Part shown: in pieces, positions 43,141 through 56,100 of the stretch
How the letters are laid out: every line of letters starts with the position of its first letter
Numbering within the stretch: position 1 is the first letter of the stretch
Source of the DNA: Paraspadella gotoi
Taxonomy: Eukaryota; Animalia; Chaetognatha
DNA: 64,000 nt
Direction of reading: 5' to 3'
Assembly (NCBI GenBank): GCA_051294375.1
Contig: CM119263.1
Location: 5,578,823 to 5,642,822, forward strand
Translations under genes and position numbers: made by a program
The notes under the pieces: model-generated
Database searches by the model: none
What the model saw: only the letters and a program-made list of their open reading frames with translations
Told to the model about the DNA's origin: nothing

Positions 43141-44048
43141 GATTTAAATTAAAAGGTTTTTTTACCCCTTTACCTAGTATTTTTTTTATTTTTGCGTATC
43201 GAGATACTGATAAAACTTAAATAAGTGAAGGATGATAATTAATTATAATAAGACAGACGCTGCAGTTAACGTTGCCGCTAGCCTTCGCGAGGTTTGAACG
43301 GCCGCCCGCCGGCCAAGTGTATAGATTCTCAAGACCGTCATAGGTTTCGGACGTACGTCTTCGTCGATTTGCCGCTCGGTTATCAAGTCCCTCGAAAGGA
43401 ACACCAAAGGATATACTCTGCTAGTCAACACGATCCGCGGAAAGAAAACCCGGTGTAAAAGACCTGCTACACAACAGGCGGCCGCGTCGATTCCTCATCA
43501 CAGTTGTCACGGAATTTAATCTAAATTGTATGAATTAAAATATTTATATTCTTGGTAAATCTGAAAACTCGACTATAGGGGAACACAAAAGTCGTTGGAT
43601 TAAATAAACCAGAGAACGAGTCCACCAATGCCCGCACCATGGAACTCATTCTCTTATATCCAAATTTCTTTCAGCCTTCTGTAATTTCCGTTTCTAATTT
43701 GGCCGGACAGAGGAATTTCGGTTTTAACCGTCGATTCCGATCGACTAATGATAGTACTACGTAGTTCAAATCTTATGTAGCGCCACTTTTTTCGCTCGTT
43801 AAGGCAACGAAAGTTATCACCCGGAACGCGCTTTTTGTTCCGTTTTTTGGTGATTATTTTGAAGCGCGTGGACCGAATTTTAATAAATTTTAAACAAAGG
43901 AAACTTGAAGGGAATTTGCTATGATCGATACAAGATTTTATTCGAAAACGAGGCACGGGAAATAAAAGATAGTGTCTTGCTAAATAAGGCCAACAAAAAA
44001 AATATGCCGTCAACAAAGACGACAGAAAGGCCGACATAAAGGGCCGAC

Positions 44049-47000
44049 TAGAATGGGAACTTGAATTGATTTCCACTACTAATAGCCTATTAAAAACTGT
44101 CTAATATTTAATGCTCCGTAGTTCAAACAATTATTTGTAGGAAATGTAGCTGTTAGGGAAGTATGAAGAAGCGTAGTGGAGTGTTCAAACTCTATATTGC
44201 AGAAATATTTATTTATCAAATACAATCGTCGGAATTACAGTTTTTAACAATTTCAATCTTACATTTTGGGCATGTTAAAGGATTTTTACTTTTCTCAAAT
44301 AATCGTTTGCAAAACTTCGATAAGTCGATCGTCTTAGGCCCTCAAAAAACGGTAGTAAGGTTTCAGTAACTAGGCACTCAAATAAAACAAATATCGACGA
44401 CGCGTAAGCAGCGCTAGTCGACTATGCAGTGCAATACAGCCTATTCAGTAAAACGTACGACTATTTCTTTACACTCCCCCCGGTTCGACCCTTCGACCTA
44501 AAAAAAAATACTACTGAATATCGTACATGAAGCAAATCATGTCTTTCGCAAATGGGCAATTGAATGAGGGTTTAGTTTGATCTTTTTCGACCGTACTGCC
44601 CCTTTCCCCAAAAGTTTAATTTCCCCGAAATTCCCAAATCGCCGCCCCGGCTTCATCGTCTCCATGGCAATGCGAGCTCCCCCCGTACAATTGCCCATTC
44701 TCGCGATGAAGGACTTCTGCTTTCGTCGTCTCCATTGGCAACGAGCTCCCCCGTTTGACGTTGTCCATTCTCCCCGCGAGTCACATCTTTGGGTTGACCA
44801 CAGCGTTTGACGACCCATTGGCAACGCCCTGTATGATGGACTGGAACGTCTTTGATCGATCTCTGATGTAGTATCAGCAGCATCTCGCATGAGTCGCAAA
44901 CCATCTTGGCGCGTCTCGTCTTCGTCTCTTTCACGCCCACGGCGCCCGGCTCGTCTCCTTGACAGACGCCGCTAAGCGACCTGACGCCGCGAATGATGCT
45001 CTGCCTCGATGACGCGTGCTTCTGTTCGTTGACGTTCTGCTTCTGCTCGACGCTTGCTTTTCTTGACGTTTGCCGTACCGTCTTTCGTTTGTCTCCTCTT
45101 CATCTTGTCTGGAACGACGTTTTGGGATGTAACGTGGATGTACGGGCTGTGTGTGCGTGCATTCGGACCCGGACTAACTGTTTTGACTCCACTTCTTCGG
45201 AACCTTTCTCCCCCTTTCTTGCCACTCATAGAAACCTAGTTCTAGATTGCTTTAGTGTTCCTATGGCGTTCTTAAAAAACAAAACAATGAAAAACAAATA
45301 CAACGCCCCCGCGCTAAGTCTTTAGCTTCTTTTCACACTTCACTGCATTTACTGTATTCTTTCTCTTTTTATTTAAACTGTCTTCAAAATTTTGTATAAA
45401 AGTTAACTTTAGTTTTAATAAAATTGGTATATAATCTGCTGGGCACCAATAAAACTGACATGAACAAAGTTCACGCTTTAACCACGTTTTTTCTATGACA
45501 TGAACGATTGATTCCTTTGCGAGAGTTACGTAGACTTACCTGGTCGCACAAACTTGGAAAAAAAAAAAACACATACTTTGTCATCATTGTCTCTGAGCCC
45601 GCAGAGACCTGAACATCTTCCTCTATTGAGATCCCTCAGCTCATTTTGTGTAATACACATCAACATTGTTCAAATGTGTTTCTTGAATTTAAATTAATTC
45701 CAGAGTCTATCTTTTTACTCCAGAATATCTTCTTACTGCACAATTCTTGCCTCCTCTTGAAATGTGAGTCCATCACAAAAAATTTTATTTCCCACTTGCA
45801 AGTTTCAACCACCTTTCGCTTAAGCGTCGAAACTTCATCACTGCTCCAAGCAGCAAACTATAGGAGTCCTACTCTATTTCACAACTTCTTGTCTTTCTTC
45901 CTCAACCTTGGACAAGGATTATAAATTATTTTTATTTAATGTTTCATCAATGTCAGAATTTTTCATCTTAAGCTTTTGTGGAGACGCAAAGCTTGCACAA
46001 ATTTATAAAGAGAACTTTCAATCTCTGTCATCTTCAATAATTCAAAATTCATCTTCATAAACTAAAAATTGACAAATCTTTCTTTTTCTTCCTTTCTTCC
46101 TTTTTTTTTTTTTTAACTAACCTTGAAGCCCAGCATCAGTATATTTTAATCTCGGTGGTTGCCCTCTGCAATCCTTTAATCTTACTTTAAGTAGAGTGAG
46201 TGAGTTTTATGAGGTAATTAATGGGAATCCATAACTGTTTGCTATTGAAACCATAATCAATAAATTTTCCTGTCTCTGAACCTCATAATCATGTTGTATG
46301 AATTTTTCGCAACTTTTAAAAAAATGAAAGAATGGGGGAGGCTCCCCACGACGCTTTCACATGTACGACTTGATACTTGACACATTGAGTATTCACTATC
46401 AGACAGAGTATTCGCCAGCAAAACCTTGGCAATTTGACAGTTATAGTCAGGCTTCAAACAGCAGACTGACGAAATGGAATTGTCAAAGAAGAATTCAGAC
46501 CAGAACAAGACTAAAAAGAACTCCAAATGATGAAAATGATTTGCACGTCCTCCTTGATCACAGGCGTTGCTGGTTGAGCTGGTTTCTCTTTGGACAGTTT
46601 TTCCTCATATGACAGCTTCTTCAGCAGGCAACTTCAGGCGAACTTTCTTCCGGCAACTTTTCCCAGCAGCCAACTTCTTCAAGAAACTTTCCAGCACAAC
46701 TCAGCAACTTCTTCGCGCAACTTTTCCAGCAGCTTTTCTCGCAACCTTTCTTTTGCAACTTTTTCACGATATTTTACGACTTTTTCGGCGCAACTTTTTC
46801 AAGCAATTCAGCAACTTCTTCCTCGGCTTTGTCCTCAATCAACTTTTCTACATCAATTCTTCTTTCAGCATTCTTTTCTGAGCAAATTTTTCTTCTAGCA
46901 ACTTTTTCTCTAGCAGCTTTTTCTTCAGCAACTTTTTCAGCAACTTCTTTCTTCTCAATCTTTTTCTTTTGGATCTACTTTCCTGCTCCAACAGCTGGGC

Positions 47001-49114
47001 ATGACCAATGATCCAGTGAAGCCATATGGGCGGCGGCGGCGCATATGACGGCACTAAGAGGGGGCGCAGCGGCAAGCATCTCTAAACATCTTTCTTTCTC
47101 CCCATTTCTTGAATCGGCAGGAACAAACTTTCGAACCGGACTCTTCTCCCCTCATTCTCTTTCCCTTTTCCCCTACCGCATGACAATCGTTTTGGGCAAT
47201 TTGTTGGGATGGTTCGCGTCTAAACCAGCACGCCGTTGCAATCCTCTTCGATCTCGGCATTCCTCTCGATTAGTTTCTCGATGGCGCTCCGCGATACGAG
47301 CGATCTTTCGAGAGCGGTGGCGCTCACTCCTTGGCGGCGCTCCTCCGGCGGCGCTCCTCCCGGCCGGGCGCTCCTCTGGCGGCGCTCCTCTCGGCGGCTT
47401 TTCCTCCCAGCGGTGCTCCTCCGGTGGCGCTCTTTCAAATTGAACTCCCTCAATTCGGCGCTCCTCGCGCGCGCCCGTTCTCTCGGCGGCGCTCTTTCAA
47501 TCGGCACTCCTCAAGTCGGTACTCCTCCAAACGGCACATGGCGGCGCTCCTCTTCGGCGCGATCCTCAACGTGGCGCTCCTCTCCGGCGGCGCTGATTCA
47601 ACCAGCATCGCAAAACCCTGCTAGTGGCAGCGTCCTCTTGGCGGCGGTTCCTCACGGCGACACTCATGCATACGGCACTCTCCCGCGGGCTTCTTCTCGC
47701 GGCGGCCGCTCCTGAGGCTTCCTCGTAAGCAACGCTCATTCATGACGGCGCAGTTTTTCTTTCACTATCTTTCCTCTTTTTCAGATTCCTTAGTCCTCGC
47801 CTCTAACTCTATCCTCCTTTCCTCAATGCTATATTCGCTCTCGTCTTTTCTCGTCCAACTTTATTCCAGAATGAGTAAGCAACCTTTGACGAACTGTCTC
47901 ACGAGATGACTGTTGATGACTGCGGCGCGGTGCACGTATCATCCTTCCATTTCCTCCTCATCGACAACTTACAAAGCGGTATTCGACGCGGGCAAAACAA
48001 TAACAGGACAATTCCCTATATGCGCGGTACGAACTCAGATATATCATCATTAATTTAAACTACGCACACGCGGTCGGTCTCCGAATGATAATGTAAAACA
48101 GTGAAAATGTGACAAAAGGTGTCAAGATCTAAGCTCGACCATTCGCTTAGCTGGTAAGATCCCACAAAAACATCAACGTTAGTTTAAGTTTGTCCAAAAA
48201 ACGGCCCGGAACCATACATTCGTTTCGTTCGCGAATTTTAAAAATATCATTTTTTAACCTATGTGAGGTCTCCACTCTCTGCATCGCCGTGAGGCATAGG
48301 CCTTTCCATACCTTTTTTATGATGACTCGACGAACGTGGTGTCCTGCACTGGATCGACAGCTCGAACGTCTGCACGCCCGCGTTCTCGTCCTCTCGTGTC
48401 CGGCGGCGGCGATGAAGAATGTACCACCAGTTCCCGATAAGACGCGGCCCTTTTTATTAAAAAAAAACCAAGAAAATTCGATACGTTCGCCGTGAGCCCG
48501 GAAGGCTATTAGCGCTATTCGAAGAAGCGCCAGCTAGCCGCCGCTGGCTATCTGCTGGGTTATAGTCAATTACCCCGATGTCGCGTGGGCCAAAGTCCTC
48601 TTCGTGCAGCCAGCTAAGTAGTGGTTTTAATTTACCCCCTATTTGCTCGCTAAATAGTTGAATTTCAAAATAAATAATAATAGTTTGAATATGAAATCTG
48701 AATTTTCCACTACTAAGCCTATTAAAACTGCTTAATATTTAATGCCCGTGAGTTTCAACGAAGTGTAGTATTGTAGAAATGCAGTGTAGGAAAGTATGAA
48801 GAAGCGTAGTGGATGTTCAAACTCTGGCAGAAATATTATTTATTAAATACAATGTCGAATTACAATTTACATTTCATCTTAACATTTTGGGAGTTAAAAG
48901 GATTTTTTACGTTTTTCCTCAAATAATCGTTCAAAACTCGTAACGTCGAATCGTTCTTAACGGGCGCCTCAAAAACGGTAGTGAAGGTTTCACAGTAATA
49001 GGCAGACATCAAACAAACAAATATCGACGACGTCCGTAGCCGTAAGCACAGCGCTAGTACGACTATGCAGTGCATACAAGCTATTCAGTAAAGCGTAGCG
49101 ACTATTCCTTTACA
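44049..49114 (-). mobile_element. LTR retroelement B (~5.07 kb), apparently pol-less, inserted in a (GGCCGACAGAAA)n minisatellite
   Basis: ~425-bp direct repeats at 44049-44473 and 48686-49114 end in tttaca (TGTAAA on -). PPT ccggggggag at 44474-44483. Flanks ccgac / acgac fit a 5-bp TSD with one mismatch. Confidence 0.85.
44530..47870 (-). pseudogene. Frameshifted internal coding region of element B (EERRQ-type repeats, EKVA/EKAA coiled coil, unknown domain)
   Basis: ggcgctcctc repeats at 47280-47720 and cagcaacttt repeats at 46610-46960. Homologous blocks with element A. Confidence 0.55.
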
Positions 49115-50032
49115 ACGACAGAAGGGCGACAGANNNNNNNNNNNNNNNNNNNNNNNNNGCCGACAGAAAGGCCGACAGAAAGGCCGACAGAAAAGCCGCC
49201 AAAGACGCCCAACTTCCGATCTCTCGTTTCTCGTAGGAGCGAAATACGCCCGACGATTTTTACGAGAGTTTGTGAATAAATTACGTTGGCGGTTTCGACG
49301 ATGGGCGGCGGTGGCGGCGGCGGTGGCGGCGGCGGCGGCGGAGGAAGAGGAGGAGGAAGCGAATTCACGCAATCAACTCGACGCAATAATCGTTACTCGA
49401 GTCTCGTTTCTCCCACTGAAGAAAAAAGTTGCCTTCTACTATCGACCTATTACTACCTAATGGATTAGGCAGAGTAATTCTTGTGTGTGTGACTCTCTCT
49501 CTCTCTCTCTCTTTCTNNNNNNNNNNNNNNNNNNNNNNNNNGAGATGAGAAAGAAATTTTTTTTTGTTTGCCTCAGGTCAACGTGGAGGGTCAGATATAT
49601 CGGGATAGAGCGGAGTCGACGGTGAAACCACTTGAAAAAGAAGAACGGTGAGGAAAGAAAAAAGCAAGAAAAAAATGACATTACTAGAACAGATAAAAAA
49701 TAATCAAAAAAAGGATTCAAAAGACGAAAGGATTATTGGTACGTTCTACTTGTATTAATTACTATAACTTGCAATATGTAATTAGATTTAGTTTAAAAAA
49801 TCGTCAGACACGAAACGAAAGTTCATCTTTTCGGCTTCGACGCCTCCTCTTCTAAATTTTCCTCCGCAGGAAGGGGTGCCGCTCACGCGCGCATCTCCTT
49901 CGCGTCCCTGACATTTAACGAGTTTGACGCGATGCCAGCAGCCGCGCGCCGCCGCCGCCCAACCGCCGCCGCCGCGCCAACCGAAGAGATCTTCCCGGCG
50001 TCGAAATGACGGGCGGCGACTCAACGGAGAAG

Positions 50033-50102
<70 letters not shown>

Positions 50103-53100
50103 AACAAAAAACAAGAAAAAACGAACGGTAATCTGAGGGACAATTATTTTAAAAAAAATTAAAATATTAAGTTTGCCAACGAAAACAAAGAAAGGTTTCA
50201 AGCCAAAGGTAACACGTGCGCCGACCAACCACGGAAGGACAACCCACGGGCCGCCCGACGTGGGTAACTACCCTCTATCCACACTGTTCCCGTCGGCTCA
50301 GGTGACAAAAAACGCCATCGGAAAAGAAAAGGAGAAGAGGAGGAAGAGAATAAAGGAGGAAGAGGAGAAAATTGAGGAAGAGGAAAAGAGAAGGTAAAGG
50401 AGGAACAGAAGGAAGAGGAGAAGACGAGAAAGAGTTACACCCCCACCATCTTTTGGGGGTCATCTCCCTACGCCCCACACATCCCCCTCCCCTTTCGGGA
50501 GGGGTCATCCCCACCCCCCCCCACTTTTCGGGGGGGTCACCGTCAAATCTGGACGCGAATCGTTTCTGCCACAGAAAAATAATTCACGTTGAATCTCAAT
50601 GCCAACGAAGACAAGAATATATTTCCCTTTTCCTCTTTCTTTTCCTATTATTCTCTTTTCCTTTTCCTTTATCGTCCTTCTTTTTTTTCAAGGAAGGATC
50701 CAAGATCTCTCTTTCGTGTCGTCAAGGAAACGGACGCAGCTTCTAACGTGGGCGTGGCCAAGAATGGTCTCGCGAAGGACATTTGTCAAATTCCGCCTTC
50801 CGAGACAAAAAAAAGAAGAGGAAGTTTCGTCGCCGTGATTGTTGTGTTGTTGTTGTTCTCGTTTTCATTGTGTCTTTAAGATTGTGCGGGGTTTCTTGTT
50901 AATATGCGGTAATTTGTGTTGGCGTTGTTGTTTTTATTGTTGTTATTGTATCAATTTGTCCATCAACCCAATGACCTCTGAAGTCAATTCCATCCAAATC
51001 GACAAACAAACTGAACAAATACTTGACCACGAACAACAACGACGACAACGACACGACGACAACACGACGAAAAGTTTCGCCTCATTTTTTAAAAGGAAGA
51101 AGAAGAGAAGAAGGAGAGGAAGAGGAAGAAAGAATGTCCGCCCTTTCTCTCTCCAACCCTGTCCTACTTCCTGTCCGAGTTTTTATCTATATCTTATCTT
51201 CTCTCTCTCTCCCTCTCTCTCTCTCTCCTCTCTCTCCTCTCTCCTCTCTTCTCTCTCGTTTTCGGTCGAAGATATGGGCAAAACAATGTTTGTCACGTCT
51301 CGAATAATGGGCGCAAAAATGGAGTGATAAGATCGTCTGACGATCATGGTGCATAACGAAAGGTCGGCAGGGGGTCGGCTTAGGGGTCGGTGGCCAAGAT
51401 GGGGAGGTGGAAAGGGGGGTCATCTTCTCCGGGTCCGAATTCGGGTCGTCGGGGGTCGACCTCAAAAATGGCGGCCGGCGGAATGGAATCATCGGGTCCG
51501 TGAAACAGAGCGAGAAAAATGGAATCATAAATGGCCAAACAATGAAAGACGAACGGAGAGGGGAGGGAGGAAGGGAGGGAGGAGAGAGAGAGGGAAAAGG
51601 GAGAAAGGAGAGAGGGAGAGAGGGAGAGAGAAAGAGGGAGGAAAGGGAGGGAGGAAAGAGGGAGAGGGAAGGGAGGGAGGGAGAGAGAGAGGGAGAGAAG
51701 GAAGATGGAGAGGAGAATGATGGAAGGGAAGACGGAGAGAGAGGGGACAAGAAGGAGAGAGAGGAAAGGAGAAGAGAACAAGGAAGTAAGGGCCAAGAAG
51801 ACAGCACAAAGATTAGTCTTTTTTGTGGGGGGAGGTGGATTCTCGAGAGTCCGAGGGTGAGTTCAGAGGGAACAAAGTAGGTTTCTCGCTTCGCATTTCT
51901 CTAAGGGCGGCGATCCATTGTTTTTTCACTCTCCCTCTGTTTCTCTATCTCTCCTCTGTCTTTTTCCTTCCTCTCTCTCTCATCCTCTCTCTCTTCCCTC
52001 CTCTCTCTCCTCCCGTCTCTCTCTCCTCACTCCTTCTCTCTCTCGTCGATCCTTCCCCTCTCTCCCGCCAAAAATTCCATATTTGGGCCCAGACAGAAGG
52101 CGCTCGTCATCAATCCATTTGCGGTGATCTCCCCCGTACAAAAACGCGGAGGGGATCTGAAATCGAGAGAGACAAGAGGGGCAAGGCAGAGAGAGAGAGA
52201 AGTGGAAGAGGGGGCAAAGTGGGCGGTCAGAAGGGGGGATGCGCGAGGTTGGCAAGTGGCAACCTGGTCGAAAAGCGAGAGACAGCGAGAGAATCCCGAG
52301 GAGAATACCTCGCAGGCTCAAATTGTAGAGAAGATGACGTTAATAACGAACGCGGCTCGAGCCGCCTTCGGGGCGAGTCTAGGGTCGCGCTTGCAAGGCC
52401 TCGCGGCCGAATCAGGGTGAGGGGCATCGGCGCGAAGGAACCGGAGCCCGATGGGGCGGCCATCGAAGGAGCCCTGAACCAACCGTCGGACGACCCCGAA
52501 GCGGCGAGAAGAGACGAAGAGAAAAGGTTAGAGTGGGAGTTAAAGTAAACGAAAAAGAAAAAAAACAAGGCGGGGAATCCCGATTGTTTTGTGTACATAA
52601 TTGTCAATGTCAAATAACAAACAATTAAATTAAATCAGTTTTAAAAGATTATGCATTGATTTTTTAATGTATAATTTAGAGTTATAGTTGGAAACAAAAA
52701 GCGAGAGAGACAAAGTAAGATAGGAGGAGAGAGAGAGAGAGAAGAGAAGACGAGAGAGAGAGGAGGGAGAGAGAGAGGAGAGAGATCACAGTGGTTGATA
52801 TTTTTCTTCCCAAGATTTAGATTTTTCCTTCCACTAAAAAAGGAATTTCGCTTCAAATGAAGGAAAATTGACCGACAGAAAGGAAAGCGGCCTTGAGAAT
52901 GCCGAGCGAAGTGAGATTATGGTAGGAGAAGAGAGGAGGAGGGAAGAATTGGAGGAGGGGAGGAGAAAGGGAAAGGGAGGAGGGAGGATAAAAAGGCGGT
53001 ATTGAGGAAGCTGTGGCAAAATGTTGAGCTTGGGTCAATTTTGTTAAAATTCAAGAAAAACAAAACAAAAAAAAAAAAAAAATCAAAATTTGTGGCCAAT

Positions 53101-53137
53101 AAGAAAGAAAAAGGCCTATAGGGAGGGTCCAATTAAG

Positions 53138-56100
53138 TAGCAAGAATCACGAGTTTCGCGAGAGGGGGATAGGTTCCGAGAACTCGGCTTTTTTATGGTC
53201 TCGCCTCGATCGACGGCATGCCCGTAATAAATAGTATAAAAATGCATATTCGAAAGCGGGCGTCTTGGGAAGCCCTTGCCGGTGGAGCGCGAGAAAAATT
53301 CGGTCATCTTGACAAAATGGACCTAAAGGGACTGTTACGATTTTTTTACTTCGCTACTTTAATTACATCGTCTTCTAAATAATGTGATTATTTTTTTTTA
53401 CCTTACACATTCTGATAGATTGGCGTCTTGGCTAAAACAGGTATCTTAATTGTTTATTATTTTGCAAGCTTGCTTCGTTTAACTTTAACAAATCAAATGA
53501 ACTTGCTTTTCGCCATTCATCGAACGTAACGCTGCGATAGTTTTAATTTTTATTTTCCCTTCGGCGAGATTAGGGTTTTTGGTCTTCTGTTTCTGGGGTA
53601 GCGCAACGGAAAAATTCAAGTGTTTTTCTAAAATCCGAAGAAAACAAAGGGCTTTGGTTTCGATTAACATTTAATATTGGACCCGACCGAGCATAATGAC
53701 TCTATCGTGAAATCCCAAATCCGAAAGCCATGGCCTTGCAACGACGGTTTCCCGAAAGAGGATTTTTGTGGTCGTTGTTTTGAAACATCCTCCCACTTTT
53801 TAGAATGAGATTTTTTAAAAAATTAATATAATTATTGTTTATTTAAATTAAAGTATTTATCATTTTTTAAAAACTTTTGTGGATAACGCGTTTCCTGTAG
53901 AAGACGAATAGTAAGAATAAAAATAAGAACGTAAAAAATTTGTGACATTGTAAGAGAAGTAAAAAAGAAAGTAATGACGAGCTCTCTCCTGATCCACTTT
54001 TATCAAACGAACAAGTGAAAAGAACCCCCCTCGACCTAGCGGAGAAGGAGAAGACTCGGGAGAGAAATCGTGCTGAAGACCGGGACCGCAGGCGACGTAA
54101 TAGTTTATGTTCTTATCCACTTGGATCTTGATATTTAATGGGTAACCTTAATAAAATAATCAAAGCATATAGATATTGCGGGTTGTTCTATAATCTATAT
54201 GCTTTTGATTATTTTTATTAAGGGGCTAATTAATACTTTCCGCCGACCGCGTTTTGGCGGCTTTTTGAAAAAAAACTTAAAAAAATAATTATTTAAAAAA
54301 AAAATACTCATTACCTAAACCTCTAAACGTAACTACCCCTAACCTTAAACCACCCCTAAACTAACTTTAACCCTAACCTCCTAACCCCGGTTGGCGAAAG
54401 TAAAAGTAACCCTATTAAGGTACCCATTGAATATCAAGACTCCAGTGAATAAGAAACTTATAACTTTTACGGGCGCCTGCGGTCCCGTCTTCAGCACGAT
54501 TTCTCTCACCGACGTCTTCTCCCTCTCCGCTAGGATCGAGAAGGGGGTTCTTTATAGCTGTGATCTAACGTCCGGGACTCGTCTTCAAAAGGCGTGGAAG
54601 AACTCGTAATTCACGCAGAAATCAAATTCAATAAACTTCAAGATAACCGCCACTTGAAATCATCGTTCTCTGCGGATTATAGTGTAAAAAGAGCTCGGGC
54701 CAACGCGGGATAGCGAGTATCTTAAATGTAACCGTGCTCGCTCGCCCAGTTAATTTCGTCTTGCTCTCACAAGTTCAGCCGTAAGCTTTCTTAGCAGCGC
54801 ATCTGTTCCGGGCGACGCACTCTTGTTTCTCGGCTACGGCACTCGGCTTCCTCGTAATTGATTTTTTTTTAATTTCTTTTCATTAAATTTTTTCTTATAT
54901 TATCTATTACACTCATATTCTTAATCCTTTCCAGAGTAATACCCAGGGATCAACCCATTTTAGATGTACAGTTGTAAGTTTTTTTAATAAAGTATACAAA
55001 TTATCTCGGCTCTTTTAAATACTATATTTTTTTTTTGTTAAACTTTCAAGCATTTTCTTTGGCCGTTTTATTTGCAAGATTCATACCTATTAAAGATGAT
55101 ATGCTTTTAAATTTTTACAGGTTGGTTTTGGCTACAATTGGCGACACATATCACCATAACAACTGGGCTTCGGAGGTTGCGGCAGCAGGTTAATTTTTTG
55201 CCACTCTACAGTGTTCCAATAAAAAATATTCAATATGCGAGTGTAAATAGTTCATTCAAGTGTCATTTATCAGAAATAAACTAATTTTTTAAACAATTGA
55301 ATTTATCATTAACTTTATAAATTTACAGATGAATCATTTGTAATCATGATGGAAAAAAAAAGTGTCGCGGGTTACTTTCCAGTTATTTTTTGGCATTTTA
55401 AGTGTATAGACGAAAAAAATAAAAATTTATATATAAGACTTTGGCCTTTTGTGATTCAATAAAGCTGTTCTCATTTAGTATGACAAAAAATACAGGAGTG
55501 TCCATGTAAAAAGAAATGCGTTAAGGAGGTAATATTATTATTAAAACTTATTTATACCAAAAATATATTTGAACAATAAAATAATGGGCTTTTCCAAACC
55601 GCGAAACTTTTTTTTTTCATCATGGTATAAATAGAACCAATCAAGTTTTAATATCATGGTGACTAAAATTCACCAACTGTTCATCAGCGGCCTTTGATAC
55701 CGAGGCAAGTCATCGCCTCCCAAACCCATAGGTCCGGGGTTCTAGCCCGGTGGTTGCCTAGCAGTTATTAGGGACGAGGCGCTTAATCTGCCTGTAACAT
55801 GGTGTTACAGCCTGATCCAGAAGCTCAGGGACTGCTTATATGAAGGTTCTGTCACTAACACAATAACAATAATTAACTGTCTCTTCAATTCAAAATTAGC
55901 AAATTAATTAATGTATTTGTGCAGTTACGACTATCAATAGTAATTTGGTAATCAGATTAGTTAATTTTTTTCAAACTTTGGAATGGGGCAGATGTCAAAA
56001 AATATTTAGACTTTGCAAATAAAGTATACTATCTTTTGGTTAATTTTAATTGATTAAATTGCATCATTATTTTTTCAAATTTTCTTTAGTAAAAATTGAT

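Larger units (their letters stand above)
38537..43982. mobile_element. 5.4-kb non-autonomous TIR DNA transposon, hAT-like ends
   Basis: Starts TAGCAAGAATCAC and ends GTGTCTTGCTA. Flanks caattaag | aataaggcc reconstitute the empty site caaattaaggccaac seen at ~31699-31713 and ~34857-34871. No transposase ORF. Confidence 0.75.
34940..49133. repeat. ~14.2-kb block duplicated at 49542-63710 (offset 14602 to 14574)
   Basis: The ORF track repeats at offsets 14602/14601/14574. The copies are near-identical except indel-type differences in 43980-45640 vs 58580-60215. The second copy starts after a 25-N gap. Confidence 0.95.
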
